Shown in pieces: positions 36,251-46,123 of a stretch of 64,000 nt of DNA (positions within the stretch are counted from its first letter, which is position 1; each line of letters starts with the position of its first letter). The notes under the pieces are model-generated. The model searched no databases and was not told the DNA's origin. It saw only the letters and a program-made list of their open reading frames with translations. Origin of the DNA: Candidatus Omnitrophota bacterium (GTDB lineage Bacteria > Omnitrophota > Gorgyraeia > Tantalellales > Tantalellaceae); contig JAHJBY010000033.1 of the NCBI GenBank assembly GCA_018813285.1, positions 69,157-133,156 of the forward strand, read 5' to 3'. Made by a program: the position numbers and the translations under genes.

Positions 36251-37729
36251 TTATGGCGCCTGTTTTCTTGGATTGCCACACTCGCTCGCAATGACCTTCC
36301 GCATGTACTTTAGTTCATCTTTCTTTGTGCGCAATTTTCCATCAAGTTTTTCGTACAGCACTTTCCGGAGTATCTCTTTGTACCGCGGCCCGGGAGAAAT
36401 GCCTTCTTTTTTTATATCATGGCCATTTATTTGAAGATCAATTCCGTTATATTCGGTGAAAAATTTCCGTATCCGCCGACGTGCAACTCCGGATCCGGTT
36501 TTTGCCATAATACAAAGCGTCACCTCTTGCGGCAACGGTTCAAGGAATCTGTATACCAGGCTCGGTGATACTTTCCCGCCCTGGGACAACCTTCTTCGAA
36601 CAAGCCTTTCCTGCTCTTTATATGAACGTATTTGCATGGCAACGTTATTAGTGAAAATAAATTTTTCGAGAACTTCTTCCGTCTGATAGAGATCCAGGTT
36701 CTCTATCATTATGAGAAAGTTGATAAGCCATTCATCAATCTTTCTTTTCCTTACAGCCGCAACTCTATACCACTTCAGGCATTTTCTTGCTTCTCGAAAC
36801 GTTCTTTTGGCGGATCTTTTCAAAATAAGATCCGGGTGTATGAAGCGCAGCTCGTGCAGTTGTTTCATGCGGTAAACCGCTTTTTCAGGATGCCTTTCCT
36901 TCAAGATCAGGATGAGCTCCTCGCGTATTCTCTGATCCTCCATGCGCCGGAACATCTCCTGTTTCACCGCGTGTTGTATAAGGCGTTCCGTATGTTTCTC
37001 TATCCTGAAACCGAACCTTTGTTCAAACCTGACGGCCCTGAAGATACGCGTGGGATCATCCAGAAAGCTTTTGTCATGGAGTATCCGAATAACACCCTTT
37101 TCCAGATCTCTCATCCCGCCGAAACAATCGGCAAATGATCCGAAATCTGACCTGTTTATTTTAAGTGCCATCGCGTTGATAGTGAAATCCCGCCGATATA
37201 GATCTTGTTCGAGAGAGCTCGCCCTGACAACCGGCAGGGTAGCGGGTTTTTCGTATTTCTCTTTCCGAGCCGCGGCGACATCTATCTTAAATTCACTGTC
37301 CGGATGGATGGACGGCCCTAACCACGAAGGCCATTTTTTGACAAGTGTCGCGGTGCCGAATTTTCTATGCACGACGAGCGTCCCCCCCAACTTTTCCTTA
37401 AGGATTTTTGCGAAAAGAATGGCATCGCCTTCCACCACCAGATCAAGATCGTAATTTTTCACCCCCAAAAGAATATCCCGCACGAATCCGCCTGTCAAAA
37501 ACGCGTTTATTCCGGCTACGTCCGCATAACCACCTATGGCGTTTATGGTCCGCATGAGCTTTTTTGGGACAAAGGCCCGCATTTTCGAAAGAATACGCGG
37601 CATTTTTTCCAGCACATCGATTCTGGCGCCGATACCCGCAAGTTTGCCATTTTTGATGACCGGCACCCGGCCACGACCTTTGTTGTTCATAATATCTTTC
37701 AAAATGCGCATCGCGGTTCCTGGTGTCAA
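36251..37729 (-). CDS. Class II tRNA nucleotidyltransferase (CCA/A-adding type) with N-terminal CBS remnant
   Basis: GGFVRD, DLDL, RRDFTINA and DDPTRIFRAVRF motifs. Confidence 0.9.
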   Translation of the reverse strand: MTPGTAMRILKDIMNNKGRGRVPVIKNGKLAGIGARIDVLEKMPRILSKMRAFVPKKLMRTINAIGGYADVAGINAFLTGGFVRDILLGVKNYDLDLVVEGDAILFAKILKEKLGGTLVVHRKFGTATLVKKWPSWLGPSIHPDSEFKIDVAAARKEKYEKPATLPVVRASSLEQDLYRRDFTINAMALKINRSDFGSFADCFGGMRDLEKGVIRILHDKSFLDDPTRIFRAVRFEQRFGFRIEKHTERLIQHAVKQEMFRRMEDQRIREELILILKERHPEKAVYRMKQLHELRFIHPDLILKRSAKRTFREARKCLKWYRVAAVRKRKIDEWLINFLIMIENLDLYQTEEVLEKFIFTNNVAMQIRSYKEQERLVRRRLSQGGKVSPSLVYRFLEPLPQEVTLCIMAKTGSGVARRRIRKFFTEYNGIDLQINGHDIKKEGISPGPRYKEILRKVLYEKLDGKLRTKKDELKYMRKVIASECGNPRKQAP

Positions 37730-37733
37730 CCGT

Positions 37734-38618
37734 TTACCCCCGCGGGTGAAACTGGCTATGAACCCGTTTCAATCTTTCTTTGTTAATGTGGGTATACACC
37801 TGAGTCGAGGAAATGTCAGCGTGCCCCAGCATTTCCTGAACACCCCTAAGTTCAGCGCCACCCTCTAAAAGATGCGTCGCGAAAGAATGTCTTAACGTAT
37901 GCGGTGTTACCTTTTTTTTGATGCCGGCAAGAGCTGCGTACCGATGAATGATCTTCCACAAACTCTGCCGGGAAAGTTTTTTTCCAAAACGTGACAAAAA
38001 TAAATGCTTATCGCTTGTATTCCGCCGCAATTTCTCTCTGGATCTCTCGATGTATTTGGCAATAGCTTTTTTTGCCGCGCCGCCCAGGGGAATGATCCTC
38101 TCTTTGCCGCCCTTACCGAAACATTTAATGAACCCGGAGTCTAAATTAACGTCTGCTTTCTTCAGACTTGACGCTTCAGAGGCTCGGACCCCGGTGGCGT
38201 ACATAAGCTCCAGTATGGCTTTATCCCGCGTGCCCATCCACCCTTTACCTGACGGGGCATTCAGGAGAGATTCCACCTCTTTGCTACTCATAACATCGGG
38301 GATATTCTTCCAAGTCTTCGGTGTTTCTACTATCGCGGCGATATTTTCCGAAACAAGCTGTTCAGAAACCAGAAATTTCCAGAAGGTTTTCAGCACGGCA
38401 AGGTTTCTGGCAACAGTAGTGGTGGCAAGTCCGCTATCTTTGAGCAGCATTAAAAAATCAAGGATTACTTCCCTATCGACCGCGGATATATCTTTGTGAA
38501 CGCGGTTAATATAACCGGCAAATTTGACAAGATCCCGCCGGTAGGACTGAATGGTGTTCCCGCTGACTCCCCTTTCCACTTCCATGAAATATATGAACTG
38601 ATCTAACAATTCTTTCAT
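37734..38618 (-). CDS. xerD: Tyrosine recombinase XerD
   Basis: RDKAILELMYATGVR, GKGGKER, HTLRHSFATH and LGHADISSTQVYTH motifs. Confidence 0.93.
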   Translation of the reverse strand: MKELLDQFIYFMEVERGVSGNTIQSYRRDLVKFAGYINRVHKDISAVDREVILDFLMLLKDSGLATTTVARNLAVLKTFWKFLVSEQLVSENIAAIVETPKTWKNIPDVMSSKEVESLLNAPSGKGWMGTRDKAILELMYATGVRASEASSLKKADVNLDSGFIKCFGKGGKERIIPLGGAAKKAIAKYIERSREKLRRNTSDKHLFLSRFGKKLSRQSLWKIIHRYAALAGIKKKVTPHTLRHSFATHLLEGGAELRGVQEMLGHADISSTQVYTHINKERLKRVHSQFHPRG

Positions 38619-39244
38619 AAGAACGGATTGGACCGCCTTTCGTGGCCTATGGTGGTTTCCGGGCCGTGTCCGGGCAACACTTTCACATCGTCCGGAAGGA
38701 CCATAAGTTTTTCGTTTATTGATCTCATTAACATGTCATAATCACCGCCGGGACAATCTGTCCTCCCAACCCCTTCAAAAAAAAGCGTATCACCGCTGAA
38801 AAGTATATTTCCGCATCTTAACGATATCCCGCCGGGGGTATGTCCGGGCGTATGTATGACCTCCAATTTGAGGCCGCCCATGTCTATCACATCTCCGTCT
38901 TTCAAGAAACGGCCGGGATGCACCTCTCTTACCGCCCGGCATCCCATGAACGAAAGGTTTTTACTACTGTCGTTCAGATAGGGTCCATCCAGTTCATGGA
39001 TCATTACAAGGAAACCAAATTCGGCGTCTCCCATGATATGGTCAGCATGCCCATGCGTGTTAACGGTGGCAACAACTTCTACCCCCGCCTTCTTGATATA
39101 TTCGTTAATGCCGCGGATAAAATCTCCGGGATCTATCAGTATTCCCTTATGTGATCTTTTTTCATAGACAAGATAGCAGTTTGTCGCGAGCAGGCCGACC
39201 GTGAATTTTTTTACAACAAGTTCTTTCTCACCGTCTGAAATCAT
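38615..39244 (-). CDS. MBL-fold metallohydrolase (glyoxalase II-like)
   Basis: THGHADH, HTPGHT, GDTLF and PGHG motifs. Confidence 0.92.
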   Translation of the reverse strand: MISDGEKELVVKKFTVGLLATNCYLVYEKRSHKGILIDPGDFIRGINEYIKKAGVEVVATVNTHGHADHIMGDAEFGFLVMIHELDGPYLNDSSKNLSFMGCRAVREVHPGRFLKDGDVIDMGGLKLEVIHTPGHTPGGISLRCGNILFSGDTLFFEGVGRTDCPGGDYDMLMRSINEKLMVLPDDVKVLPGHGPETTIGHERRSNPFL

Positions 39245-39749
39245 CGGCAATATACCCCTCTATTTTTCGGTATGAAAAATCTTTTTTGACAGCTCTCCCG
39301 ACTGTTTCGATCCTGATCCTAAGACGCACCGCGTTGCCTCCGGTGACCCTCTCCTTCTTTATCACTCTCTCTATGTCCAACATCTCATCTACCAGCGGCT
39401 GCATCTCGGCCGACTTTTCATCGGTAAGCATTTGCTGCATATCGGTTAGATTCGCGATGTCCTGTTCCACGGCGACCATGGTTTTTTTGTTGTTACTGTG
39501 AGCAAGAACAGCCAGCAGTTCTTTATGCCAGGTCTTCCAGTAAATATACCGTTTCGTGTAAAGTTCAATGCTGGGATGGACATCATATTTTTTCAGGGAT
39601 TGATATGTTTTTGGTTTGGCCGGCTCGTCTTTTTTGCTTGAAAACACCTTTTTGAGGCTCGCGCACCCCGTTAACGAACAAAGACAGGCCGCCAGAATAA
39701 AATAAAACGCTATCGTCCTTACCATCATCTTCCTGTTCATAGAAACCAC
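39228..39749 (-). CDS. Hypothetical lipoprotein
   Basis: Lipobox LTGC after a hydrophobic signal. Confidence 0.75.
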   Translation of the reverse strand: MVSMNRKMMVRTIAFYFILAACLCSLTGCASLKKVFSSKKDEPAKPKTYQSLKKYDVHPSIELYTKRYIYWKTWHKELLAVLAHSNNKKTMVAVEQDIANLTDMQQMLTDEKSAEMQPLVDEMLDIERVIKKERVTGGNAVRLRIRIETVGRAVKKDFSYRKIEGYIADDFRR

Positions 39750-39758
39750 GCCTTTTTT

Positions 39759-40046
39759 CTAAAACCTTATTTCAAATGTCTCAAACTCGCCCGTATCCGT
39801 TTGCCATTCCACACACGAATCCCCTATATGATCGGACATTCTTTTCGTCAGATCCGTGATAAAAGATTCAAGTTGGCCTCGCGTGCCCTCGCCGACCAAT
39901 AGCACGTTCCCGTTAGACAGATTTTTGACGAATCCAGCCACTCCGGCCGCCTGAGCTATCCTTCTGGCGGAAAATCTAAAACCGACACCCTGGACATACC
40001 CGCTATAAATGACCTGGACCCTTTGAAGTTGGCTCATGAGGCGCAT
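39759..40046 (-). CDS. acyP: Acylphosphatase
   Basis: GYVQGVGFR and GFVKN motifs. Confidence 0.95.
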   Translation of the reverse strand: MRLMSQLQRVQVIYSGYVQGVGFRFSARRIAQAAGVAGFVKNLSNGNVLLVGEGTRGQLESFITDLTKRMSDHIGDSCVEWQTDTGEFETFEIRF

Positions 40047-40405
40047 TTGAACTTGGGTTTCTCGTCACTGTCCTTTAGAATTTGTTCCACTCCTGCTTTT
40101 AGCGCCGGAATATCTTTTCTTGTCGTAGCCCAAACTGCATTGATATCTACTCCAAAGTAATCGTGAATAAGCTTATCCCTCATTTCTGCTATATCCTTCC
40201 ATGGAATATTGGGGTATTTGTTTCGCATGTCAGAGGAAATCTTCTTAGCTGCTTCTCCAATGATTTCGGTCTGCCGGATGACCCCGTCTTGAAGAAGCAT
40301 AGTCTTGGTAAAAATCTCCTCATTAACCCCGGAAAGATATCCTTCGATTCTATCAATCGCGCCTACAATGTGTTTCAGATATACTGTATCATCCCGACTT
40401 TTCAT
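40034..40405 (-). CDS. HepT-like (DUF86/HEPN) RNase toxin
   Basis: IIGEAA, IPW and RDKLIHDY (RX4H) motifs. Confidence 0.92.
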   Translation of the reverse strand: MKSRDDTVYLKHIVGAIDRIEGYLSGVNEEIFTKTMLLQDGVIRQTEIIGEAAKKISSDMRNKYPNIPWKDIAEMRDKLIHDYFGVDINAVWATTRKDIPALKAGVEQILKDSDEKPKFKCAS

Positions 40406-40685
40406 AAACTACCTTCATCTCACTTTTAATCCTATCTTTTAAATATGGGCTGATAGAGGCTTCAGTTAATAAATCCGTCTTTCTGCCCAAAACCTCTGAA
40501 AATACTCTTTCAATCCTCACAAGATCAAGCAAGCTCTTGGGTTTTGAAAAACGAGCTAAGAGATCAATATCGCTCTCTTCTGTGAAATCACCTGTTACAA
40601 AAGAACCAAATATCGCCAAGAATACAATATCATTATTTTTGCATATTTCGAGTAACTTCATCCTATTACTACTAACCACTCTCAT
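40389..40685 (-). CDS. MntA-like minimal nucleotidyltransferase antitoxin
   Basis: FGS..G....SDIDL motif; overlaps the HEPN gene. Confidence 0.92.
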   Translation of the reverse strand: MRVVSSNRMKLLEICKNNDIVFLAIFGSFVTGDFTEESDIDLLARFSKPKSLLDLVRIERVFSEVLGRKTDLLTEASISPYLKDRIKSEMKVVYEKSG

Positions 40686-40723
40686 GATTTCCTCTTCTCA
40701 TTATTCTTACTTCTTTTTACCAA

Positions 40724-40915
40724 TTACCAATTTATCGATAAAAACCTCCGAGTAGAGACTATTTTGGTGGCCGTGGCAATAGCAGGCTCCTTCGCAATTC
40801 CTTGTCCAATTTTTATAAGGATATTATCAGAAACGTCTGCAAAGCGAGCAATTTTCTCCTGCGACAGCCCTTTTTTCATTCTTAGTTTTCCTACATTTTC
40901 CGCAAGCATAATCAA
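40724..40915 (-). pseudogene. Degenerate XRE-family HTH fragment
   Basis: LAENVGKLRMKKGLSQEKIA followed by a degraded C-terminus. Confidence 0.55.
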
Positions 40916-40984
40916 ACCTTGACAGTCTTACTATTCATGATAGTGTTCTTATGGCGGTATATCCATTCAGCGAACTGCGAAAGA

Positions 40985-41062
40985 TGGTCGGGGCGCTGGG
41001 ATTCGAACCCAGGACCTCCACGTCCCGAACGTGGCACGCTAGCCAAGCTGCGCTACGCCCCG
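40985..41062 (-). tRNA. tRNA-Pro (anticodon CGG)
   Basis: Cloverleaf CGGGGCG...CGCCCCG-ACCA; anticodon arm CCACG-TTCGGGA-CGTGG; T-loop TTCGAAT. Confidence 0.97.
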
Positions 41063-41225
41063 ACAACAAAATCCCACAAACGCGGGTATATTATCATGTT
41101 AATAAACATTTTGCAACACATCATTAGTGAAAGGGTTAACACAAAGAAAGCCGTCAGCCATAAGCTATCAGCTTTCAGCTAAAGGCGAGAGGCTATAGAA
41201 AAGATAATCCATGGTGAACAAGTGA

Positions 41226-41432
41226 ATGGTGAAAGTGAAGTGAAAACGGAGAACTCATTACAGGAATTTAGCTTTTTATTTGGTCTTGAGCGCGAAATAC
41301 CACACTCACGAGTGTTCGCGCTCTCCGACAGCCAAAAGCTGGAGGAGGGGCAAGTTTCGTGAGGTGCGAAAGGTCGAATAAAAAGCGTTAAGAATTCCTG
41401 TAGAGGCCGATTTTTTACTTCACTTTCATCAT
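41226..41432 (+). other. 207-nt long imperfect hairpin (candidate ncRNA or palindromic repeat element)
   Basis: Nested complementary arms with several G-U pairs on the + strand. Confidence 0.6.
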
Positions 41433-41468
41433 CCCGCGTTAAAACATAGGCAAAAGGTGAGGACCGAA

Positions 41469-42095
41469 CTAATCCATGAATCCAGCGCGGCGGAGAGTAT
41501 CTTCTGTAATACTGCCCTTTCGCTGCTTCTCCGCGTATTTGGCCATCATGTCGAATTCGACGTTGAGGCGATCACCGGTTTTTTTCGATGAAAGTGTCGT
41601 ATCCTTCAGAGTAAGCGGTATCAGGTATATCCTGAAAAAATCCCGATATACCTCCCCCACGGTCAGGCTCACACCATCGACAGCCACCGCACCCTCAGGA
41701 ACAAGGTACTTCGCGTCTTCCTGAAGGGCGGAAATATCAACAACCCATCCACGGGATGTACGCGAGCTACAGCGTAAGACCCGCACACCGTCAACATGCC
41801 CGGTCACCATATGTCCGGATATTTTTTCGCCAAGCTTCATCGCGGATTCCAGGTTGAGAGGATCGCCGGCACGCAACCGCTTAAGATTCGTCTTGTTAAG
41901 GGTATTCCCCACAACGTCAAAAACCGTTCCGCCTGCCAAACTCGCGACACTCAGACAAACACCGTTAACGGCGACGCTGTCACCGATCGCCAAACCTTCG
42001 GTGACCTTCTCACACGCCACATTTAAACGCCTGACGCTGCCGTCCCATCTAAGGCTTTTTACTTTTCCTATTTCCTTTACTATGCCCGTAAACAC
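41469..42095 (-). CDS. ribE: Riboflavin synthase
   Basis: MFTGI N-terminus (GTG), GDSVAVNGVCL, GHMVTGHVD and NVEFD motifs. Confidence 0.96.
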   Translation of the reverse strand: MFTGIVKEIGKVKSLRWDGSVRRLNVACEKVTEGLAIGDSVAVNGVCLSVASLAGGTVFDVVGNTLNKTNLKRLRAGDPLNLESAMKLGEKISGHMVTGHVDGVRVLRCSSRTSRGWVVDISALQEDAKYLVPEGAVAVDGVSLTVGEVYRDFFRIYLIPLTLKDTTLSSKKTGDRLNVEFDMMAKYAEKQRKGSITEDTLRRAGFMD

Positions 42096-43177
42096 TCGCG
42101 CCCCCTTACAATCAAGTCGTCTCCGGATCCTTCCCATCGCACATCTTTCAACTTGATAACATCCATTACACTCCGAACACCCTTGCCCTTGACGGAAGCA
42201 TGATCTCCGCCAATGATCTTTGGCGCGATAAAAAATATCCATTCATCCGCCAGCGCCTCATCCGCAAAACTTCCGGCTATCTCCCCGCCGCCTTCGACCA
42301 GTATATTTACAATACCCTTTTGCCCGAGTTTCTTTAAAAAAGCACGGAGGGAAACCTTCCCACCCTTGCTCTTGGTAACTATCACTTCAACACCTTTAAC
42401 ATTTCTGAATTTTTCCACTCGCTTCGCGGAAGCAAATTCCGTAGTCCCGATAATGAGAGGGGCGCTTCGAGCGGTTTTTACAAGATTCGAAGAAAGGGGT
42501 ATTCTTAACGCGGAATCGACAACGATTCGCGATATGCCGCGGCCGCGCTTCGTCCCGGCTAAAAGTGACGGGTCATCCGCCCTAACTGTATTCGCCCCCA
42601 CACATATGGCATCAAAACATGCCCGCAGTTTCTTCACATATTTTCTGGAACTTGCGCAAGTTATCCATTTTGATGAACCATCACGCGCGGCTATCTTTCC
42701 GTCAATAGACTGAGCAAGTTTTACAGTGACATACGGCAGGCCTGTGGTGATATATTTGAGGTATTTACGGTTCAACCGATACGCGCGGGATCTGAGCAGG
42801 CCCGTATTGACCGATATGCCGCAAGCTCTGAGCGCTTTCACGCCGCGACCGCTTACAAGAGGATTCGGATCAAGCATGGCCACGTTAACTTTTCGGATAC
42901 CGCTTTTTATTATCACCTGTGCGCAAGGAGGGGTTTTCCCATAATGCGCGCACGGTTCGAGCGTTACAAACATCTCCGCTCCGGCAAGCGGCCCGGAAAC
43001 GCTTTTTATAGCCGCGATCTCGGCATGATCGCATCCGGCTTTCCTGTGATATCCGCGGCCTATGATCTTTCCGCCCGCCACGATCACAGCGCCTACCATC
43101 GGGTTCGGGTATGTTCTGTCCTCCGCTTTCGCGGCCAGAAGAAGCGCGGTTCGCATGTATTTGACGTGATCATCCAT
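42080..43177 (-). CDS. ribD: Riboflavin biosynthesis deaminase/reductase
   Basis: PNPMVGAV, HAE, TLEPCAH..PPC and VEGG motifs. Confidence 0.97.
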   Translation of the reverse strand: MDDHVKYMRTALLLAAKAEDRTYPNPMVGAVIVAGGKIIGRGYHRKAGCDHAEIAAIKSVSGPLAGAEMFVTLEPCAHYGKTPPCAQVIIKSGIRKVNVAMLDPNPLVSGRGVKALRACGISVNTGLLRSRAYRLNRKYLKYITTGLPYVTVKLAQSIDGKIAARDGSSKWITCASSRKYVKKLRACFDAICVGANTVRADDPSLLAGTKRGRGISRIVVDSALRIPLSSNLVKTARSAPLIIGTTEFASAKRVEKFRNVKGVEVIVTKSKGGKVSLRAFLKKLGQKGIVNILVEGGGEIAGSFADEALADEWIFFIAPKIIGGDHASVKGKGVRSVMDVIKLKDVRWEGSGDDLIVRGRECLRA

Positions 43178-44027
43178 TTTTTTCGTTTCGGATCTTTTCC
43201 GATTCGGCTCGCAATGTTTCGACAACGTCACGGCTGACACGCACCTTGCCCATAAGAAGGCCGTCTTGTTTCAACCCGTGGCAGTCTGACCCGCCGGTGG
43301 CGATAAGCGAGTTTTTCAGGACTAACCGCAAGTATTTGTCGCTCGCGCCCGCTGAATGACGTGTATGATAAACTTCTATCCCCCGCAACCCGGCGGATAT
43401 AAGATCCGGAATATGTTCATCCACACCGGAGGAACCGGGATGCGCCAATACCGGGACACCGCCGGCTTTTTTGATCGCAAGAATGGCATCCCGGAATTCG
43501 AAACGTTCATGGCTGACAAAACACGGCCTGCCGTTGCCTATGTACCGCCCGAACGCCTCACCGGTTGTCTTGACCAGGCCTGATTCCACCATAACGTGCG
43601 CGAGATGCAATCGCCCTATGGTCCCCCCGAAAGACGTATCCATCACCTCGTCTTCTGAGACCTCTATGCCCTTTTCCCGCAAAAGACGTATCATTTCTGT
43701 CATCCTGCCGACACGGCTCTCTTTCCTCTTGTTCAGTCTTTCGACAAAAGGAATGTCCTCGCGATCGATAAAGTATCCCAAAAGATGTATTTCCCGTTCA
43801 CCAATAACGGTTGAGATCTCTACGCCGGGAATGATCTCAAGGCTTGTCCCTGCCGCCGCCTCGATGACCGGCGCCACCCCTTCGATACTGTCATGATCCG
43901 TTATGCTTATGGCCCCAAGGCCCAGACCTATCGCGGTTTTCACCACTCCCCGCGGAGAATACATGCCGTCTGAGTAGACGGTATGTACATGAAGATCGGC
44001 ATACCCTTTATTTATCGCGGCATTCAT
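43170..44027 (-). CDS. PHP-domain phosphoesterase (TrpH/YciV-like)
   Basis: DLHVHTVYSDG, ITDHD, HLLGY, LAHP and GGSDCH motifs. Confidence 0.92.
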   Translation of the reverse strand: MNAAINKGYADLHVHTVYSDGMYSPRGVVKTAIGLGLGAISITDHDSIEGVAPVIEAAAGTSLEIIPGVEISTVIGEREIHLLGYFIDREDIPFVERLNKRKESRVGRMTEMIRLLREKGIEVSEDEVMDTSFGGTIGRLHLAHVMVESGLVKTTGEAFGRYIGNGRPCFVSHERFEFRDAILAIKKAGGVPVLAHPGSSGVDEHIPDLISAGLRGIEVYHTRHSAGASDKYLRLVLKNSLIATGGSDCHGLKQDGLLMGKVRVSRDVVETLRAESEKIRNEKNG

Positions 44028-44424
44028 CTTTTATCTTGTCCAGTATTCCGTTCACAAATTTCCCGGAATCGCGGCTCCCGTATTTCTTCGCTATTTCGAT
44101 CGCTTCATTTATCGATACTTTAGGCGGCACATCGTCCATGAAAATAAGCTCAAAAGAAGCAATTCGAAGGATGTTCCTGTCGATCGTCGCCATGCGATCC
44201 ATCCGCCAGTTCGTGGCATGGCCGGTTATGCCTTCATCTATCTTCTCGAGGTTCGATCCAATTCCGGATATAAGGCACTCCGCGTACTCCATAACAGCAT
44301 CTTCTTCGCCATCGTTGTTGTTGCGGTACGCTTCAAAACATATATCTATCGGATCGCCGGTTATCTCCCACGCGTACAGGATCTTCAGCGCTATTTCGCG
44401 TGCCTTCGTGCGTTTTCTCATCAT
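44008..44424 (-). CDS. nusB: Transcription antitermination factor NusB
   Basis: [21 protein letters not shown] and FVNGILD motifs. Confidence 0.97.
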   Translation of the reverse strand: MMRKRTKAREIALKILYAWEITGDPIDICFEAYRNNNDGEEDAVMEYAECLISGIGSNLEKIDEGITGHATNWRMDRMATIDRNILRIASFELIFMDDVPPKVSINEAIEIAKKYGSRDSGKFVNGILDKIKDECRDK

Positions 44425-44891
44425 ATCTCCGCATATAGGTTGCTCATTTCAATGGCAGTTTTGGCCGCGTCCCTGCCCTTATTTCCGCTTTTCGAGCCGG
44501 CTCTGTCGAGGGCTTGCTCAAGATTGTCGGTCGTGACAACACCGAATACGCAGGGGATATCACTTTTCATCCCTACCTGGGCCACGCCTTTGGCTACCTC
44601 GGACGCGATGAGATCAAAATGAGACGTCTCCCCTCTGATAATAGCGCCAAGACATATCACGGCGTCATATTTGCCGGAGGCCGTCATCCTTTTCGCCGTC
44701 ATCGGTATCTCAAAAGAACCGGGCACCCACACAACGGATATATCCGCGTCTTTAACACCATGCTGATTAAGCGTATCTATCGCCCCATCCAAAAGCCTCG
44801 CGGATATGAACTCATTGAATCTGGATACCACAATACCGAACTTCCTTCCTTTCGCGATCAGGTCCGCTTTGATCGTTTTCACATTTCCCAT
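44421..44891 (-). CDS. ribH: 6,7-dimethyl-8-ribityllumazine synthase
   Basis: [21 protein letters not shown] and GNKG motifs. Confidence 0.98.
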   Translation of the reverse strand: MGNVKTIKADLIAKGRKFGIVVSRFNEFISARLLDGAIDTLNQHGVKDADISVVWVPGSFEIPMTAKRMTASGKYDAVICLGAIIRGETSHFDLIASEVAKGVAQVGMKSDIPCVFGVVTTDNLEQALDRAGSKSGNKGRDAAKTAIEMSNLYAEI

Positions 44892-44923
44892 GTCTCCTCC
44901 TTTTTTCCGGGTATTATCGAAAC

Positions 44924-46123
44924 TTATACATGTTTCAATTTATGCCCTAAACGGTTTTTTTTTGTTCTCAGATATTTTTTATTCCGCGTTACCGGTTTTA
45001 TTTCCAGCGAACACCTTTTGACCACATGTAATCCGTAGCCTTCAAGCCCGACTACTTTCCGGGGATTATTGGTCAGAAGGATGATCTTTTTGAGGCCGAG
45101 ATCGACCAGTATCTGCGCGCCGATACCGTAATCCCTTAAATCAGCTTTAAAGCCGAGCTTTTCGTTCGCTTCGACCGTATCCAGGCCATTGTCCTGGAGT
45201 TCATAGGCCTTTAATTTATTAAATAAACCGATGCCGCGCCCTTCCTGCGAAAGATAAAGTATCACCCCTTTGCCTTCGTCAGAGATCGTTTTCATGGCTT
45301 TTTCGAGCTGGCTGCCGCAATCGCATCGGAGTGAATGAAAAACATCACCGGTCAGGCATTGTGAATGCACTCTCACCATAACTTCTCCGCTGGAAACATC
45401 ACCTTTTATTAACGCCAAATGCTGATAATCATCAAGCATAGAGCTGTACGCGCACATGCGGAATTCTCCGAAAGGTGTCGGCAATGTGGTCTCCGCGATT
45501 TTTTCAATAAGCCTCTCCCTGGTCCGACGATAGCGGATAAGATCTTCTATCGTGCAAATCTTTAGTTTGTATTTTTTAGCAAACCTGATAAGCTGCGGCA
45601 ACCTGGACATCGATCCATCCTCGTTCATGATCTCGCAGATAACGCCGACAGGGCGTTTATTCACAAGTTTCATGAGATCTACACATGCCTCCGTATGCCC
45701 GGCGCGGACAAGCACCCCGCCACGCCTGGCCCGCAGTGGAAATACATGTCCGGGTTTCGTAAAATCCCCGGCAGAAGACTTTTTCGAGGCAAGCAGTTTT
45801 ATGGTCTTTGAACGATCATGCGCGGATATGCCTGTAGTCACGCCCTTTTCGGCGTCTACAGACACAGCCCAGGCCGTCTTATACGGATCTTGCGGATCGT
45901 GCGACATTTGACGTAAATGCAGTTCTTCGGCAACGTCTTCTTCCATCGGCACACAAATAAGCCCCCTGCCATGTTTTATCATAAAATTTATTTTTTCAGG
46001 AGTAGCATGCTCCGCGGAAACTATCAGGTCACCCTCATTTTCACGCGACGGATCATCGACCATTATGACCATCCGGCCGCGCTTAATATCTTTTAGCACT
46101 TCTTCTATCGAGTTCAGTTTCAT
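44924..46123 (-). CDS. ribBA: Bifunctional DHBP synthase / GTP cyclohydrolase II
   Basis: [27 protein letters not shown] and QEGRGIG motifs. Confidence 0.98.
   Translation of the reverse strand: MKLNSIEEVLKDIKRGRMVIMVDDPSRENEGDLIVSAEHATPEKINFMIKHGRGLICVPMEEDVAEELHLRQMSHDPQDPYKTAWAVSVDAEKGVTTGISAHDRSKTIKLLASKKSSAGDFTKPGHVFPLRARRGGVLVRAGHTEACVDLMKLVNKRPVGVICEIMNEDGSMSRLPQLIRFAKKYKLKICTIEDLIRYRRTRERLIEKIAETTLPTPFGEFRMCAYSSMLDDYQHLALIKGDVSSGEVMVRVHSQCLTGDVFHSLRCDCGSQLEKAMKTISDEGKGVILYLSQEGRGIGLFNKLKAYELQDNGLDTVEANEKLGFKADLRDYGIGAQILVDLGLKKIILLTNNPRKVVGLEGYGLHVVKRCSLEIKPVTRNKKYLRTKKNRLGHKLKHV

Noticed and set aside
37734-38618. Tyrosine recombinase as integrase of an island at tRNA-Pro
   Set aside because: The sequence is typical chromosomal XerD inside a housekeeping operon, and no duplicated tRNA 3' end (att site) was seen.
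41226-41432. SRP RNA, tmRNA or RNase P RNA
   Set aside because: No SRP domain IV GGAA-loop motif, tRNA-like ends or RNase P consensus segments were found.
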